NCBI GenBank assembly: GCA_028707065.1
Contig: JAQTUZ010000008.1
Coordinates: 1 to 62,759 of the forward strand
Direction: 5' to 3'
Source of the DNA: Patescibacteria group bacterium
GTDB taxonomy: Bacteria > Patescibacteriota > Patescibacteriia > Patescibacteriales > WJLG01
DNA: 62,759 nucleotides
Under the pieces are notes generated by a model. That model saw nothing but the letters and a program-made list of their open reading frames with translations. It ran no database searches and had not been told where the DNA came from. A program made the position numbers and the translations under genes. Of this stretch, positions 33,313 through 41,255 are shown one piece after another (the stretch's first letter is position 1; every line of letters starts with the position of its first letter).

Positions 33313-33822
33313 ATGCCGACTAAAAAGACAACCAAAAAAACTGAAGTAGCCGCTCCTCAAGTTGCTCCCCATAAAGTGCCGCACCAGGCAAAGGAAGCAA
33401 TAGTGGAAGTTAAAGAAGAAATTTCAGCGACCAAGGGAAAATATATCAAAGCCATCGGCCGCCGCAAGACCGCCTCGGCCCAGGTTCGTGTTTATCTTTC
33501 CGGCAAAGGCGAGATCGTAGTTAACGGCAAACCGGTAGAAAAATATTTTGATGCCGACCGCGCCGCCATCTCCGTTCAGCCGTTGAAGCTGACCGGCGTG
33601 GGCAAGGATGTGGATATTTCCGTTCTCTGCAAAGGCGGCGGAGTCAACTCCCAAGCTGAAGCGATGCGCCATGGTCTGGCCCGCGTTCTGATCCTTTTGG
33701 ATCCGGAATTGAACTTGGCGATCCGCGCCAAAGGCTGGATGACTCGCGACTCCCGCAAGGTGGAAAGAAAGAAACCTGGTTTGAAAAAAGCCCGCCGCGC
33801 TCCGCAATGGAGCAAGCGCTAG
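33313..33822 (+). CDS. rpsI: 30S ribosomal protein S9 with ~40-aa N-terminal extension
   Basis: Core YIKAIGRRKTASAQVRVY...MTRDSRKVERKKPGLKKARRAPQWSKR; ORF-track start 33247 reads through a PE-A repeat, so ATG 33313 is preferred. Confidence 0.88.
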   Translation: MPTKKTTKKTEVAAPQVAPHKVPHQAKEAIVEVKEEISATKGKYIKAIGRRKTASAQVRVYLSGKGEIVVNGKPVEKYFDADRAAISVQPLKLTGVGKDVDISVLCKGGGVNSQAEAMRHGLARVLILLDPELNLAIRAKGWMTRDSRKVERKKPGLKKARRAPQWSKR

Positions 33823-33827
33823 TTTTT

Positions 33828-33880
33828 ATTCCCCTCTCGAGAGGGGTGGACTCGCGCCGCGCGAGGACGGGGTGTGTTAC
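33828..33880 (-). repeat. PE-A element just after the rpsI stop
   Basis: attcccctctcgagaggggtgg-actcgcgccgcgcgagga-cggggtgtgttac. Confidence 0.9.
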
Positions 33881-33935
33881 GGTGGGTGCCCGATAAAAAT
33901 TTTAATTTACGTCTATCAAGTTCACATATTCAAAA

Positions 33936-33966
33936 AACGCCATTCTCTCACGAACGGCGTTTTTTG
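33936..33966 (+). terminator. terminator at the end of the ribosomal protein cluster
   Basis: aacgcc-attctctcacgaac-ggcgtt followed by tttttg. Confidence 0.6.
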
Positions 33967-33986
33967 TTTGATGTTTATGTTCGTTA

Positions 33987-34015
33987 TTGACAAAATATAT
34001 AAACTATGATATATC
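33987..34015 (+). promoter_or_regulatory. extended -10 promoter
   Basis: TTGACA-17 nt (ending TGA)-TATATC upstream of ORF 34078. Confidence 0.6.
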
Positions 34016-34077
34016 TGTCTATATGTTCTTTAAAATTAGATATTGTATATTAAACCTTAAAAAGAAGGGGAATCTGT

Positions 34078-34530
34078 ATGAGAAAAATGATTTTTATATC
34101 AATTTTGACAATCATTTTTAACATTCAGGCGCAAAGTGTGAAAGAGGTTGATTTGTTTATGATCGGTGGCCTTACGGAAATGACAAGACTCCCTTCCCAG
34201 TTTTTTACGGCCGTTAAGGAGAATGCTCAAAAAAGTTATCTGGGGCAGGTGAAATCGATATTGGTGGGTAATTTATCCTTGTCAATTTACACGGTATGGT
34301 TTATGACATCAGAAAGAAAGTTCTATGAAATGTATTTTGACATGAACTCGAAAAAGGCGGAAATGCAGCTCGATAGTCTTGGTCGGCCTCGGGCAATGAC
34401 TAGAGATAATCTTGATAAATTTTCGTTCTCCGATGAACGAGAAATCAAATATTTTGTCAGAGATCCCGACCATCGTATACCCAACGATATTCCTAATAGC
34501 CAAAACGTACTTTATGATCTTTCGCCATAA
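34078..34530 (+). CDS. hypothetical secreted protein (150 aa)
   Basis: AT-rich ORF; own promoter 33987-34015; purine-rich SD; N-terminal signal-like helix. Confidence 0.5.
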   Translation: MRKMIFISILTIIFNIQAQSVKEVDLFMIGGLTEMTRLPSQFFTAVKENAQKSYLGQVKSILVGNLSLSIYTVWFMTSERKFYEMYFDMNSKKAEMQLDSLGRPRAMTRDNLDKFSFSDEREIKYFVRDPDHRIPNDIPNSQNVLYDLSP

Positions 34531-34665
34531 AAATTGTTTTTGGGCTAAAGGTTACCTATTGAGTAAGATAGTAGGGAGGTAAAGCAGTTTACCTCCTTTT
34601 ATTTTTCTCCAATTTTTGCTAAGGTTATAGAATAAAGTGATTATTATTAATGAAGTTGGCATACA

Positions 34666-34703
34666 CGCCATGTTATGTGTTGCGTGTTATGAGTTATGTG
34701 TTT
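34666..34703 (+). repeat. R4-like arm abutting the murI start codon
   Basis: cgccatgttatgtgttgcgtgttatgagttatgtgttt followed by ATG 34704. Confidence 0.65.
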
Positions 34704-35513
34704 ATGATCGGTGTCTTTGATTCCGGGGTCGGCGGGTTGACTGTTTTGAAATCTTTGCTCAAGCATTTGCCTGATTATGACTATGTCTATTTAGGCGATA
34801 ATGCCCGCACGCCCTACGGAAATAAAACCAAAGCCGAAGTTTATGAATATACCCGCCAGGCGGTTGATTTTTTATTTTCTCATGGCTGCGACATAATTAT
34901 TGTCGCTTGCAATACGGCTTCAGCATTAGCGTTAAGGAAAATCCAGCAGGAATATCTGCCGCATAAATATCCGGGCAAAAAAGTTTTGGGCGTAGTCAGG
35001 CCGATGGCCGAAGCGATCGCCGCTAACAAAAAGTTCAAAAGAGTCGGTGTGATCGGCACCAAAGCGACGATCAAATCCAAAATTTACCCCGTCGAAATAA
35101 AGGCGCTTAATCCTGGATTGAAAATTTTCTGTCAGAGCGCGCCGCTCTTAGTGCCTTTGATCGAGTCTGGCTGGAATGATCCAAAAGAAGTTAAGGAAAC
35201 CTTGGAAAAATATCTCGCCCCGTTAAAAAAATCAAAAATTGATTTATTGGTCTTGGGCTGCACTCATTATCCTTTCTTGGAAAAACAGATTTGCCAGCTG
35301 ATGGGAAAACACTGTAAGATTTATAATTCAGGAGAGATCGTGGCCAAAAGCCTGAAAGAATACTTAACTAAGCACAAGGAATTGGCGATTGGCCGCCGGA
35401 CTAAGCCGAAATTAATTTTTTATACCACCGGCGGAGTCCAGACATTTAAAATTCTTGGTGATAGATTTCTGGGCAAGAAAATTGAGCATATTTCGCGAAT
35501 AGCATTAAAGTAA
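34704..35513 (+). CDS. murI: glutamate racemase
   Basis: MIGVFDSGVGGLTV, catalytic Cys motifs IVACNTASA and LGCTHYPF; ORF-track start 34650 reads through a repeat arm and was trimmed. Confidence 0.9.
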   Translation: MIGVFDSGVGGLTVLKSLLKHLPDYDYVYLGDNARTPYGNKTKAEVYEYTRQAVDFLFSHGCDIIIVACNTASALALRKIQQEYLPHKYPGKKVLGVVRPMAEAIAANKKFKRVGVIGTKATIKSKIYPVEIKALNPGLKIFCQSAPLLVPLIESGWNDPKEVKETLEKYLAPLKKSKIDLLVLGCTHYPFLEKQICQLMGKHCKIYNSGEIVAKSLKEYLTKHKELAIGRRTKPKLIFYTTGGVQTFKILGDRFLGKKIEHISRIALK

Positions 35514-35598
35514 ATTTTTACAATTTTTAAATTTTTAAAATAATTTTTAAGGCTTAATTTTTAAAAATTATAAAATTCAAAAATTAAAAATTTTAGAA
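35514..35598. repeat. R6 'AATTTTTA-word' low-complexity palindromic spacer (murI/prfB)
   Basis: aatttttacaatttttaaatttttaaaataatttttaaggcttaatttttaaaaattataaaattcaaaaattaaaaatttt. Confidence 0.55.
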
Positions 35599-35618
35599 CC
35601 AAGCTGATTAAATAAAAT

Positions 35619-36710
35619 ATGGAGAACCTACTCGACAGAATTAAAAAATTACAGAAGCGGTTAGATGATGTCTGGCAGGTTTTGCAATTGGAAAAAGCTA
35701 AAGCGGAATTGATCGATAAGCGGGCGATCATGGAAGAGCCCGGGTTGTGGAATGACCAGGAACGGGCGGTAAAGATCAGCAAAGAGGCCGAAGATTTGGA
35801 TAAGGAAGTTAAACGCTGGGATAAAGTCAAAAAAGAGATCGATGATTTTTTTGAATTGATCGGCGAAGCGATCAAAGAAAAAGATAATTCGCTCGAGAAA
35901 GATGTTGATAAAAATCTGGCTGATCTGGAAAAGAGATTCGAGGAGATGGAATTCTACGCTCTGTTTTCCGGCAAGTATGACCGCGATAATGCGATTTTGT
36001 CGATCCATGCCGGCACGGGAGGAGTGGACGCGCAGGATTGGGCGCAGATTTTGGAACGGATGTATTTGCGTTTTGCCGAGAAAATGGATTATCGCGCCGA
36101 AGTAATTGATCGCACGGTCGGCGCCGAAGCGGGGATTAAAAGCGTGACTATAAAAATTGACGGGCTTTGGGCTTTTGGCCATTTAAGATCCGAGGCCGGC
36201 GTGCATCGCCTGGTGCGCATTTCGCCGTTTGACGCGGAAAATATGCGCCACACTTCTTTCGCCTTGGTTGATGTGGTTCCGGAATTTCCCGAAGCCGATG
36301 AAATAGAAATCAAGGACGATGAAATAAAATTTGAGACTTATCGCTCTTCGGGCGCGGGCGGGCAGAATGTCAATAAAGTTTCGACCGCCGTCCGGCTGAT
36401 CCATCTTCCGACCGGCATCACGGTGCAATGCCAGACCCAGCGTTCGCAATATCAGAATCGCGAGCTGGCAATGAAGCTTTTAAAAACAAAATTATTGCAG
36501 CGGCAGCTGGAAGAACAGGCCAAGGAGAAAAAAGAAGTCCGCGGCGAAGTGCAGAAGGCGGAGTGGGGGAAGCAGATCCGCTCTTATGTGATGCAGCCGT
36601 ATCAGATGGTTAAGGATCATCGCACCGAATATGAAACTTCGGACATCAACAGCGTTCTGGACGGCGAGATCGACGGATTTATTGAAGCCTATTTAAAAAG
36701 TAAGAAGTAA
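35619..36710 (+). CDS. prfB: peptide chain release factor 2 (single uninterrupted frame)
   Basis: SPF (RISPFDAEN) and GGQ ([10 protein letters not shown]) motifs; no internal in-frame stop or +1 frameshift site. Confidence 0.95.
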   Translation: MENLLDRIKKLQKRLDDVWQVLQLEKAKAELIDKRAIMEEPGLWNDQERAVKISKEAEDLDKEVKRWDKVKKEIDDFFELIGEAIKEKDNSLEKDVDKNLADLEKRFEEMEFYALFSGKYDRDNAILSIHAGTGGVDAQDWAQILERMYLRFAEKMDYRAEVIDRTVGAEAGIKSVTIKIDGLWAFGHLRSEAGVHRLVRISPFDAENMRHTSFALVDVVPEFPEADEIEIKDDEIKFETYRSSGAGGQNVNKVSTAVRLIHLPTGITVQCQTQRSQYQNRELAMKLLKTKLLQRQLEEQAKEKKEVRGEVQKAEWGKQIRSYVMQPYQMVKDHRTEYETSDINSVLDGEIDGFIEAYLKSKK

Positions 36711-36730
36711 GAAATTAGAAGTAAGAAATT
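36699..36730 (+). repeat. R7 'AGAAGTAAGAA-word' repeat containing the prfB stop codon
   Basis: agtaagaagtaagaaattagaagtaagaaatt; a related agtcagaagttagaagtat lies in-frame in comEC at 37751-37769. Confidence 0.6.
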
Positions 36731-36879
36731 TTTTTGTCATCCTGAGGAGTCCGACTTGTCGGACGAGGAAGGATCTAAACAACAGGAAGTTTAAAAGAGC
36801 CGATTACTTTTCTATGGTTCGAAGTTTTTTGCAAATTCCTACAGCATAGATCCTTCGCGCGGCGCTCAGGATGACAAAA
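36731..36879 (-). mobile_element. MITE-like element with TTTTGTCATCCTGAG...GAAGGATCT terminal inverted repeats
   Basis: Left tttttgtcatcctgaggagtccgacttgtcggacgaggaaggatct, right agatccttcgcgcggcgctcaggatgacaaaa; the internal ~70 nt is homologous, in reverse orientation, to the core of 41085-41255. Confidence 0.8.
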
Positions 36880-36934
36880 TAAAAAAGCAGCAATCAGATG
36901 ATCTTGATTGCTGCATTTTGCAGGTTGCTTGCTT

Positions 36935-37342
36935 CTACCTATTTATCACTTGAAGATTTTTAGCTTCAAACCGAATCGGTTCCATCGGCCCGATATAATT
37001 TACCGGCATCGCAGGTTCTCTTATTTCGATTATTTTGGGCTCCGTACTTGCCCGGAAAATGCTGATACCGATAAAGCCCCTAATAAAGGCGAAAGAAAAA
37101 CTGGTACATTCTTCGGCGTCGGCATAGGCTTTGAAATGAGAAATATTCACCTGACTGTTGTATCGGTAGACAAGAAAAACGATCCATTCGTCGACCAGGG
37201 TTTGTTGGTCTTTGGTTAAGAAAAAATGAATCATCGCGCCTTTCTTGGCCTGGTGGAGACGGATGGCGTTGGGGAGTAAATGACTTAAGAGGACGATTAT
37301 CGTGACGAGGGAAACGACTGACCACACAATAATTACAGTCAT
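36935..37342 (-). CDS. hypothetical membrane-anchored protein (135 aa)
   Basis: AAGGAG SD; promoter 37399-37427; N-terminal TM (VIIVWSVVSLVTIIVLLSHLL). Confidence 0.5.
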   Translation of the reverse strand: MTVIIVWSVVSLVTIIVLLSHLLPNAIRLHQAKKGAMIHFFLTKDQQTLVDEWIVFLVYRYNSQVNISHFKAYADAEECTSFSFAFIRGFIGISIFRASTEPKIIEIREPAMPVNYIGPMEPIRFEAKNLQVINR

Positions 37343-37398
37343 GGCAATTCTCCTTGGTGAATGGTTAAAAGGACTATCTTGATTTAATGAATATTAAT

Positions 37399-37427
37399 AT
37401 ATTAGCATAAATAATACATTTTGTCAA
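37399..37427 (-). promoter_or_regulatory. extended -10 promoter for ORF 36935-37342
   Basis: Minus strand TTGACA-17 nt (ending TGC)-TAATAT. Confidence 0.65.
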
Positions 37428-37429
37428 CG

Positions 37430-39040
37430 ATGAAAAGGAGGGTGGCTATTTTTATCGCTTGCTGGTTTTTTGCCGGCGGCATCGTTCTTGCTTCGTTTTT
37501 GCCGAAAGACTGGCTGTTTTTCGGCCTTTATTATTTTAGCGCGGCGATAATATTTTCAACCATTGCCGTCGTGTGCTGGAAGAAGAAAAACACGCGCGCC
37601 ATTTTGATTTGGGCGGCTTTTTTGTTTTTGGGAATCTGGCGATTCTCGATAAGTTTGCCGATCGATTCACCAAATAATATTTGGCATTACAACGGCCAAA
37701 AAAGAGAATTGATCGGCCTGGTTTCTTCTGAACCGGCGACGAAAGGGAAAAGTCAGAAGTTAGAAGTATTTCCCCTCCTTTTAAAGGAGGGGGTAGGGGT
37801 GGTTATTGATAGGCAAGCCGATTCGATTGCAACCACTTCCCAGAACCACCCCCAAACCCCTCCTTCGGAAGGAGGGGGGATCCTTGAAAAGGAGGGGCTG
37901 GGGGTGGTTCGGGGTGAGGTTGCAGGCAAGGTCTTGGTCATCGCCGCCGCTTATCCGCAATATGATTATGGCGACGTTCTAAAAATATCTTGTACGCTTA
38001 AGCGTCCGGATAAGTTGGACGATTTTGATTATGAAAAATATTTGGCCGGCAAGGGAATCTATTCGACTTGCAACTTTCCCAAAATAGAAATTTTGTCAGA
38101 TAAAAATTTATCACCGCCGCTATTGGCAAAGAAAAAAAGCCTGACGCGTTTTAGCTGGCTTTGGGGCGGGATTTATCAAATCCGAAAAAAATTAAGCGGC
38201 ACGATCGATAACGGCTTGGCCGAACCGGAAGCCGGACTGCTTAAAGCTTTTATCTTGAACGATCCGACCGTGCCTGATGATTTGAGCGATATTTTCCGCC
38301 AAAGCGGCTTATCGCATATCGTCGCCATTTCCGGCACGCATATCAGCTTGGTGATCGCCATTATTTTTTTCTGCTTGTTATTCCTGGGTTTGAATCGCCG
38401 GCACGCTTTTTGGTTTTGCGTGCCCATTATTTTATTGTACGTGGTGATGGTTGGAGCGCCTGCCTCGGCAACTCGGGCGGGGATTATGGGTTTTTTGGTT
38501 TTGTTGGCTATGTATCTGGGACGTTTGGCGCGATTAGATTATACTTTGGCGCTCGCCGGCGCGGGCATGCTTTTGTTTAATCCGATGCTCGTTATCGCGG
38601 ACGCCGGATTCCAATTATCTTTTTTGGCCGTTCTAGGCATGATTTATCTTTACCCGATTTTTGATAAATGGTTATCAAGGTTTTACGAAATAAAAAACGT
38701 AACACACCCCGCCAAGCGAGGCGCTTGGCACCCCTCTCGAGAGGGGATTTTAAAAATAATTTGCCAGACGGCAGCACTGACGATCGCGGCGCAAGTTTTT
38801 ACCGCGCCGATCTTGATTTTCGGCTTTCACCAAATTTCGCTGGTCGCGCCGATCGCCAATCTGTTCGCGCTTTGGGCCGCGCCATTTATCATGATCACCG
38901 CTTTCATCGCCATGGGCCTAACCTTAATATTTCCCGCCGGTGCAATATATTTTTTCCTGCCCGCGGATATTTTAGTAAAATACTTGATTGCCGTCGCGCA
39001 AATTTCGGCGAGCTTGCCATTTGCTTATTGGAAGTTTTAA
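37430..39040 (+). CDS. comEC: ComEC/Rec2-family DNA uptake channel, lacking the metallo-beta-lactamase domain
   Basis: N-terminal OB-like region (GKVLVIAAAYPQYDYGDVLKISCTLKRP), competence domain (FRQSGLSHIVAISGTHISLV...PASATRAGIM); two repeat-derived in-frame inserts. Confidence 0.85.
   Translation: MKRRVAIFIACWFFAGGIVLASFLPKDWLFFGLYYFSAAIIFSTIAVVCWKKKNTRAILIWAAFLFLGIWRFSISLPIDSPNNIWHYNGQKRELIGLVSSEPATKGKSQKLEVFPLLLKEGVGVVIDRQADSIATTSQNHPQTPPSEGGGILEKEGLGVVRGEVAGKVLVIAAAYPQYDYGDVLKISCTLKRPDKLDDFDYEKYLAGKGIYSTCNFPKIEILSDKNLSPPLLAKKKSLTRFSWLWGGIYQIRKKLSGTIDNGLAEPEAGLLKAFILNDPTVPDDLSDIFRQSGLSHIVAISGTHISLVIAIIFFCLLFLGLNRRHAFWFCVPIILLYVVMVGAPASATRAGIMGFLVLLAMYLGRLARLDYTLALAGAGMLLFNPMLVIADAGFQLSFLAVLGMIYLYPIFDKWLSRFYEIKNVTHPAKRGAWHPSREGILKIICQTAALTIAAQVFTAPILIFGFHQISLVAPIANLFALWAAPFIMITAFIAMGLTLIFPAGAIYFFLPADILVKYLIAVAQISASLPFAYWKF
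37769..37910. repeat. cluster of three PE-B elements inside comEC (in-frame)
   Basis: tttcccctccttttaaaggagggggtaggggtggtt (reverse), gaaccacccccaaacccctccttcggaaggagggggga (forward), tccttgaaaaggaggggctgggggtggttc (reverse); translated ...FPLLLKEGVGVV...NHPQTPPSEGGGILEKEGLGVV. Confidence 0.85.
38699..38749 (+). repeat. PE-A element inside comEC (in-frame, sense)
   Basis: gtaacacaccccgccaagcgaggcgcttggcacccctctcgagaggggatt; translated VTHPAKRGAWHPSREGI. Confidence 0.9.
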
Positions 39041-39042
39041 TC

Positions 39043-39071
39043 TTGACAAGGAACAATCCCTTTGTTAAATT
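39043..39071 (+). promoter_or_regulatory. extended -10 promoter for ORF 39110
   Basis: TTGACA-17 nt (ending TGT)-TAAATT. Confidence 0.6.
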
Positions 39072-39109
39072 GCTTTGTTTATCGATATTGAACAAAAAAA
39101 GGAGGTAAA

Positions 39110-39370
39110 ATGCCTAGAGCCAGGAAGAGATTGTACGTTTTGCAAAATAACGCGATGACCAAGACGAAGCACATTATCGTGATATTGGCCTTTGCCGAAA
39201 GCAAGAAAAAGGTCACGGAATTGTCAAAAGTTCTGGTCGGAAAACTCGGCTTGACGGGGAAAATACCCCTGTCTCCGAGATATACTCTTTTTGAGAAACC
39301 GAGTAGCTTTGAAAGTCCGCACGGCAAGAGTCGAATAATTTCGTACACCTATTGTTTGTTAGGACGCTAG
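39110..39370 (+). CDS. hypothetical small basic protein (86 aa)
   Basis: AAGGAGG SD, promoter 39043-39071, terminator 39387-39416. Confidence 0.5.
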   Translation: MPRARKRLYVLQNNAMTKTKHIIVILAFAESKKKVTELSKVLVGKLGLTGKIPLSPRYTLFEKPSSFESPHGKSRIISYTYCLLGR

Positions 39371-39386
39371 TGTCAATTATTTTTCG

Positions 39387-39416
39387 GAAGTCCGATTTCG
39401 TCGGGCTTCTTTTTTT
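39387..39416 (+). terminator. terminator after ORF 39110-39370
   Basis: gaagtccga-tttcg-tcgggcttc followed by ttttttt. Confidence 0.75.
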
Positions 39417-39570
39417 GCTGATTTTTTACCTTTTTTGTCAATAGCCAAGTTTAAATGGAAAAGGTATAATTTATAGACACAGAGCATGGAACATAGAGCA
39501 AAGAGCATAAAATCCGAGAACTATTTTTTTTGTGTTCTTTGATCTTTGTTCTATGTTCTCCTACCAAACG

Positions 39571-41082
39571 ATGGATTTTCGTTTCAAATTAAGAATAGTC
39601 TGGATAGCTGCGCTGGCCGTGGCGGTTTTTGCGCTGGCGTGGCTGGCTATAATTCCTTTTGGCAAGATTACTTACTTGACAAATTTCAAGGGTTTTAATG
39701 ATTTCATCGGCAAGCTAACGCCCATGGAAAGAATTGTTGCCGAAAAAGACGGCACGCAAGATATTATCGGCGATCCGGCTTATTTTTCTTTGCGCACCCC
39801 GCGGCCATTTAATCAAGCTTTGCTTTCCGTAAAATTCCAAGTTGATCCGAATCTGCCGATCGTCGAGGCCGGAGTTTCCAAGGACGGGCGCACCTGGCAA
39901 TATGATTTGCAGCCGCTCTATAATGCTAAATTGGAAGAGTTGATGGAAAACTGGTTTGTATTAGATGATTCTGTTTTACCAGCGCTAACCCACCCCGCCT
40001 CGCCGGGCTCGGCACCCCTCCCAAGAGGGGACTCCACTGTTCTCCTGCAAAGAAATAAACAATTTGATACGATTGAAGAATTTTTAAAAAATCCTCCCGC
40101 GACCGACAAGATCGCTTTGTATAATTATGATTGGAAAACCGATTATTTATTGCCCGATTATCAGCCGCGGCAAGCTACCTCGACCATGTGCCGGCCGCTG
40201 GTCGGGGCTTATCAGTTTTATACCTACATTAAAAATGAGAATTTGTCCGATGACTTTGTTTTCCAAGATTTGAATAAAAATTTGGATCCGGACCCGATCG
40301 ATGTTTATGTTTATTATCGCGACAAATTGATTTCGAGCGAGCACCTCGACGACGATGGCATTGCTGTTGATAGCGGCGCGCAAAAACCGTGGCGGCATTT
40401 GAAGTTAGATTTGGCCAATTTGCCCGAGGGCGTTTATAAGATCACGGTGCGCGCTAATGGCGATATTGTGACGAGAACGATCACCACCGGACAAAGTAAA
40501 ATGGCTTTTATCAATGCTTTAGCGATTGCCGACGCTCCCGAAGTTTCCTGCGGCCGAAATTTTTTCACGGACGGGCGCACGCTGGCGGTTCAGACTTCGC
40601 ATCCGGATAAATTAGGCAAGATAACCATCAATAAAAATAACGGCAATTCATTTTCCGGCGTTGAGTTGAACATCGATCAAACTTATAAAATATTTACGGT
40701 TAACGATTTGCCGCCGGCTGGCAGTCAGATAATTCTTAATAATGACGGAATTTCGCTTTCCGGCGATGGGCTTTTTTCCCTGTCGGCCGAACAAATGATC
40801 GATCCGCGCGTTAAATCCGTTGATGCCAAATTCGATGCCGACCAGGAAGGCGTGGATTATGTTTTGGCGCGTTATACGCCGCCGGTCAAACAAGGCGATT
40901 GGCTGGTAGCGCAAGCTAACTTTGATCTAACCAACGCTTTCCGGATGTGGAATAAGTATTATTTTTTGATCTCCGCGCCCGGGTTATCCGCCAGCGATCA
41001 GCTTAACGATCAGGTGCGGATCAAGGAAATTAAGGTTGATTTGACCGGCACTTCGTTGTGGAAAAAAATATTTAAGAAATAA
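39571..41082 (+). CDS. hypothetical membrane-anchored extracytoplasmic protein
   Basis: Start trimmed to ATG 39571 (MDFRFKLRIVWIAALAVAVFALAWLAII); one TM then ~470 aa; carries one in-frame PE-A copy; precedes the GT-C cluster. Confidence 0.6.
   Translation: MDFRFKLRIVWIAALAVAVFALAWLAIIPFGKITYLTNFKGFNDFIGKLTPMERIVAEKDGTQDIIGDPAYFSLRTPRPFNQALLSVKFQVDPNLPIVEAGVSKDGRTWQYDLQPLYNAKLEELMENWFVLDDSVLPALTHPASPGSAPLPRGDSTVLLQRNKQFDTIEEFLKNPPATDKIALYNYDWKTDYLLPDYQPRQATSTMCRPLVGAYQFYTYIKNENLSDDFVFQDLNKNLDPDPIDVYVYYRDKLISSEHLDDDGIAVDSGAQKPWRHLKLDLANLPEGVYKITVRANGDIVTRTITTGQSKMAFINALAIADAPEVSCGRNFFTDGRTLAVQTSHPDKLGKITINKNNGNSFSGVELNIDQTYKIFTVNDLPPAGSQIILNNDGISLSGDGLFSLSAEQMIDPRVKSVDAKFDADQEGVDYVLARYTPPVKQGDWLVAQANFDLTNAFRMWNKYYFLISAPGLSASDQLNDQVRIKEIKVDLTGTSLWKKIFKK
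39986..40033 (+). repeat. PE-A element inside ORF 39571-41082 (in-frame, sense)
   Basis: taacccaccccgcctcgccgggctcggcacccctcccaagaggggact; translated LTHPASPGSAPLPRGDS. Confidence 0.9.
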
Positions 41083-41084
41083 TT

Positions 41085-41255
41085 TTTTTGTCATCCTGAG
41101 CGCCGCGCGAAGGATCTATTTTGTAGGAATTGAGAATTTTTTTCGATAAAAATTTTTTAAGGAGTAGTTAAATTTTGCTCGGGCAATAGATCCTTCCTCG
41201 CTCGCCGACCTCGTCCGCCTTGGGCGGAGGCGGCTCGCTCCTCAGGATGACAAAA
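41085..41255 (+). mobile_element. MITE-like element, second full copy
   Basis: tttttgtcatcctgagcgccgcgcgaaggatct ... agatccttcctcgctcgccgacctcgtccgccttgggcggaggcggctcgctcctcaggatgacaaaa; the right terminus contains ATG 41247. Confidence 0.8.

Noticed and set aside
35619-36710. Programmed +1 frameshift in prfB, and an alternative genetic code (UGA recoding)
   Set aside because: prfB is a single uninterrupted frame with SPF and GGQ motifs. TGA terminates well-supported genes, namely the helicase and gene 11127-12470. The standard code 11 fits all genes.
36908-37219. 103-aa plus-strand ORF overlapping the minus-strand ORF 36935-37342
   Set aside because: The minus-strand ORF has an AAGGAG SD, a TTGACA/TAATAT promoter and an N-terminal TM helix. 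The plus-strand ORF has none of these.
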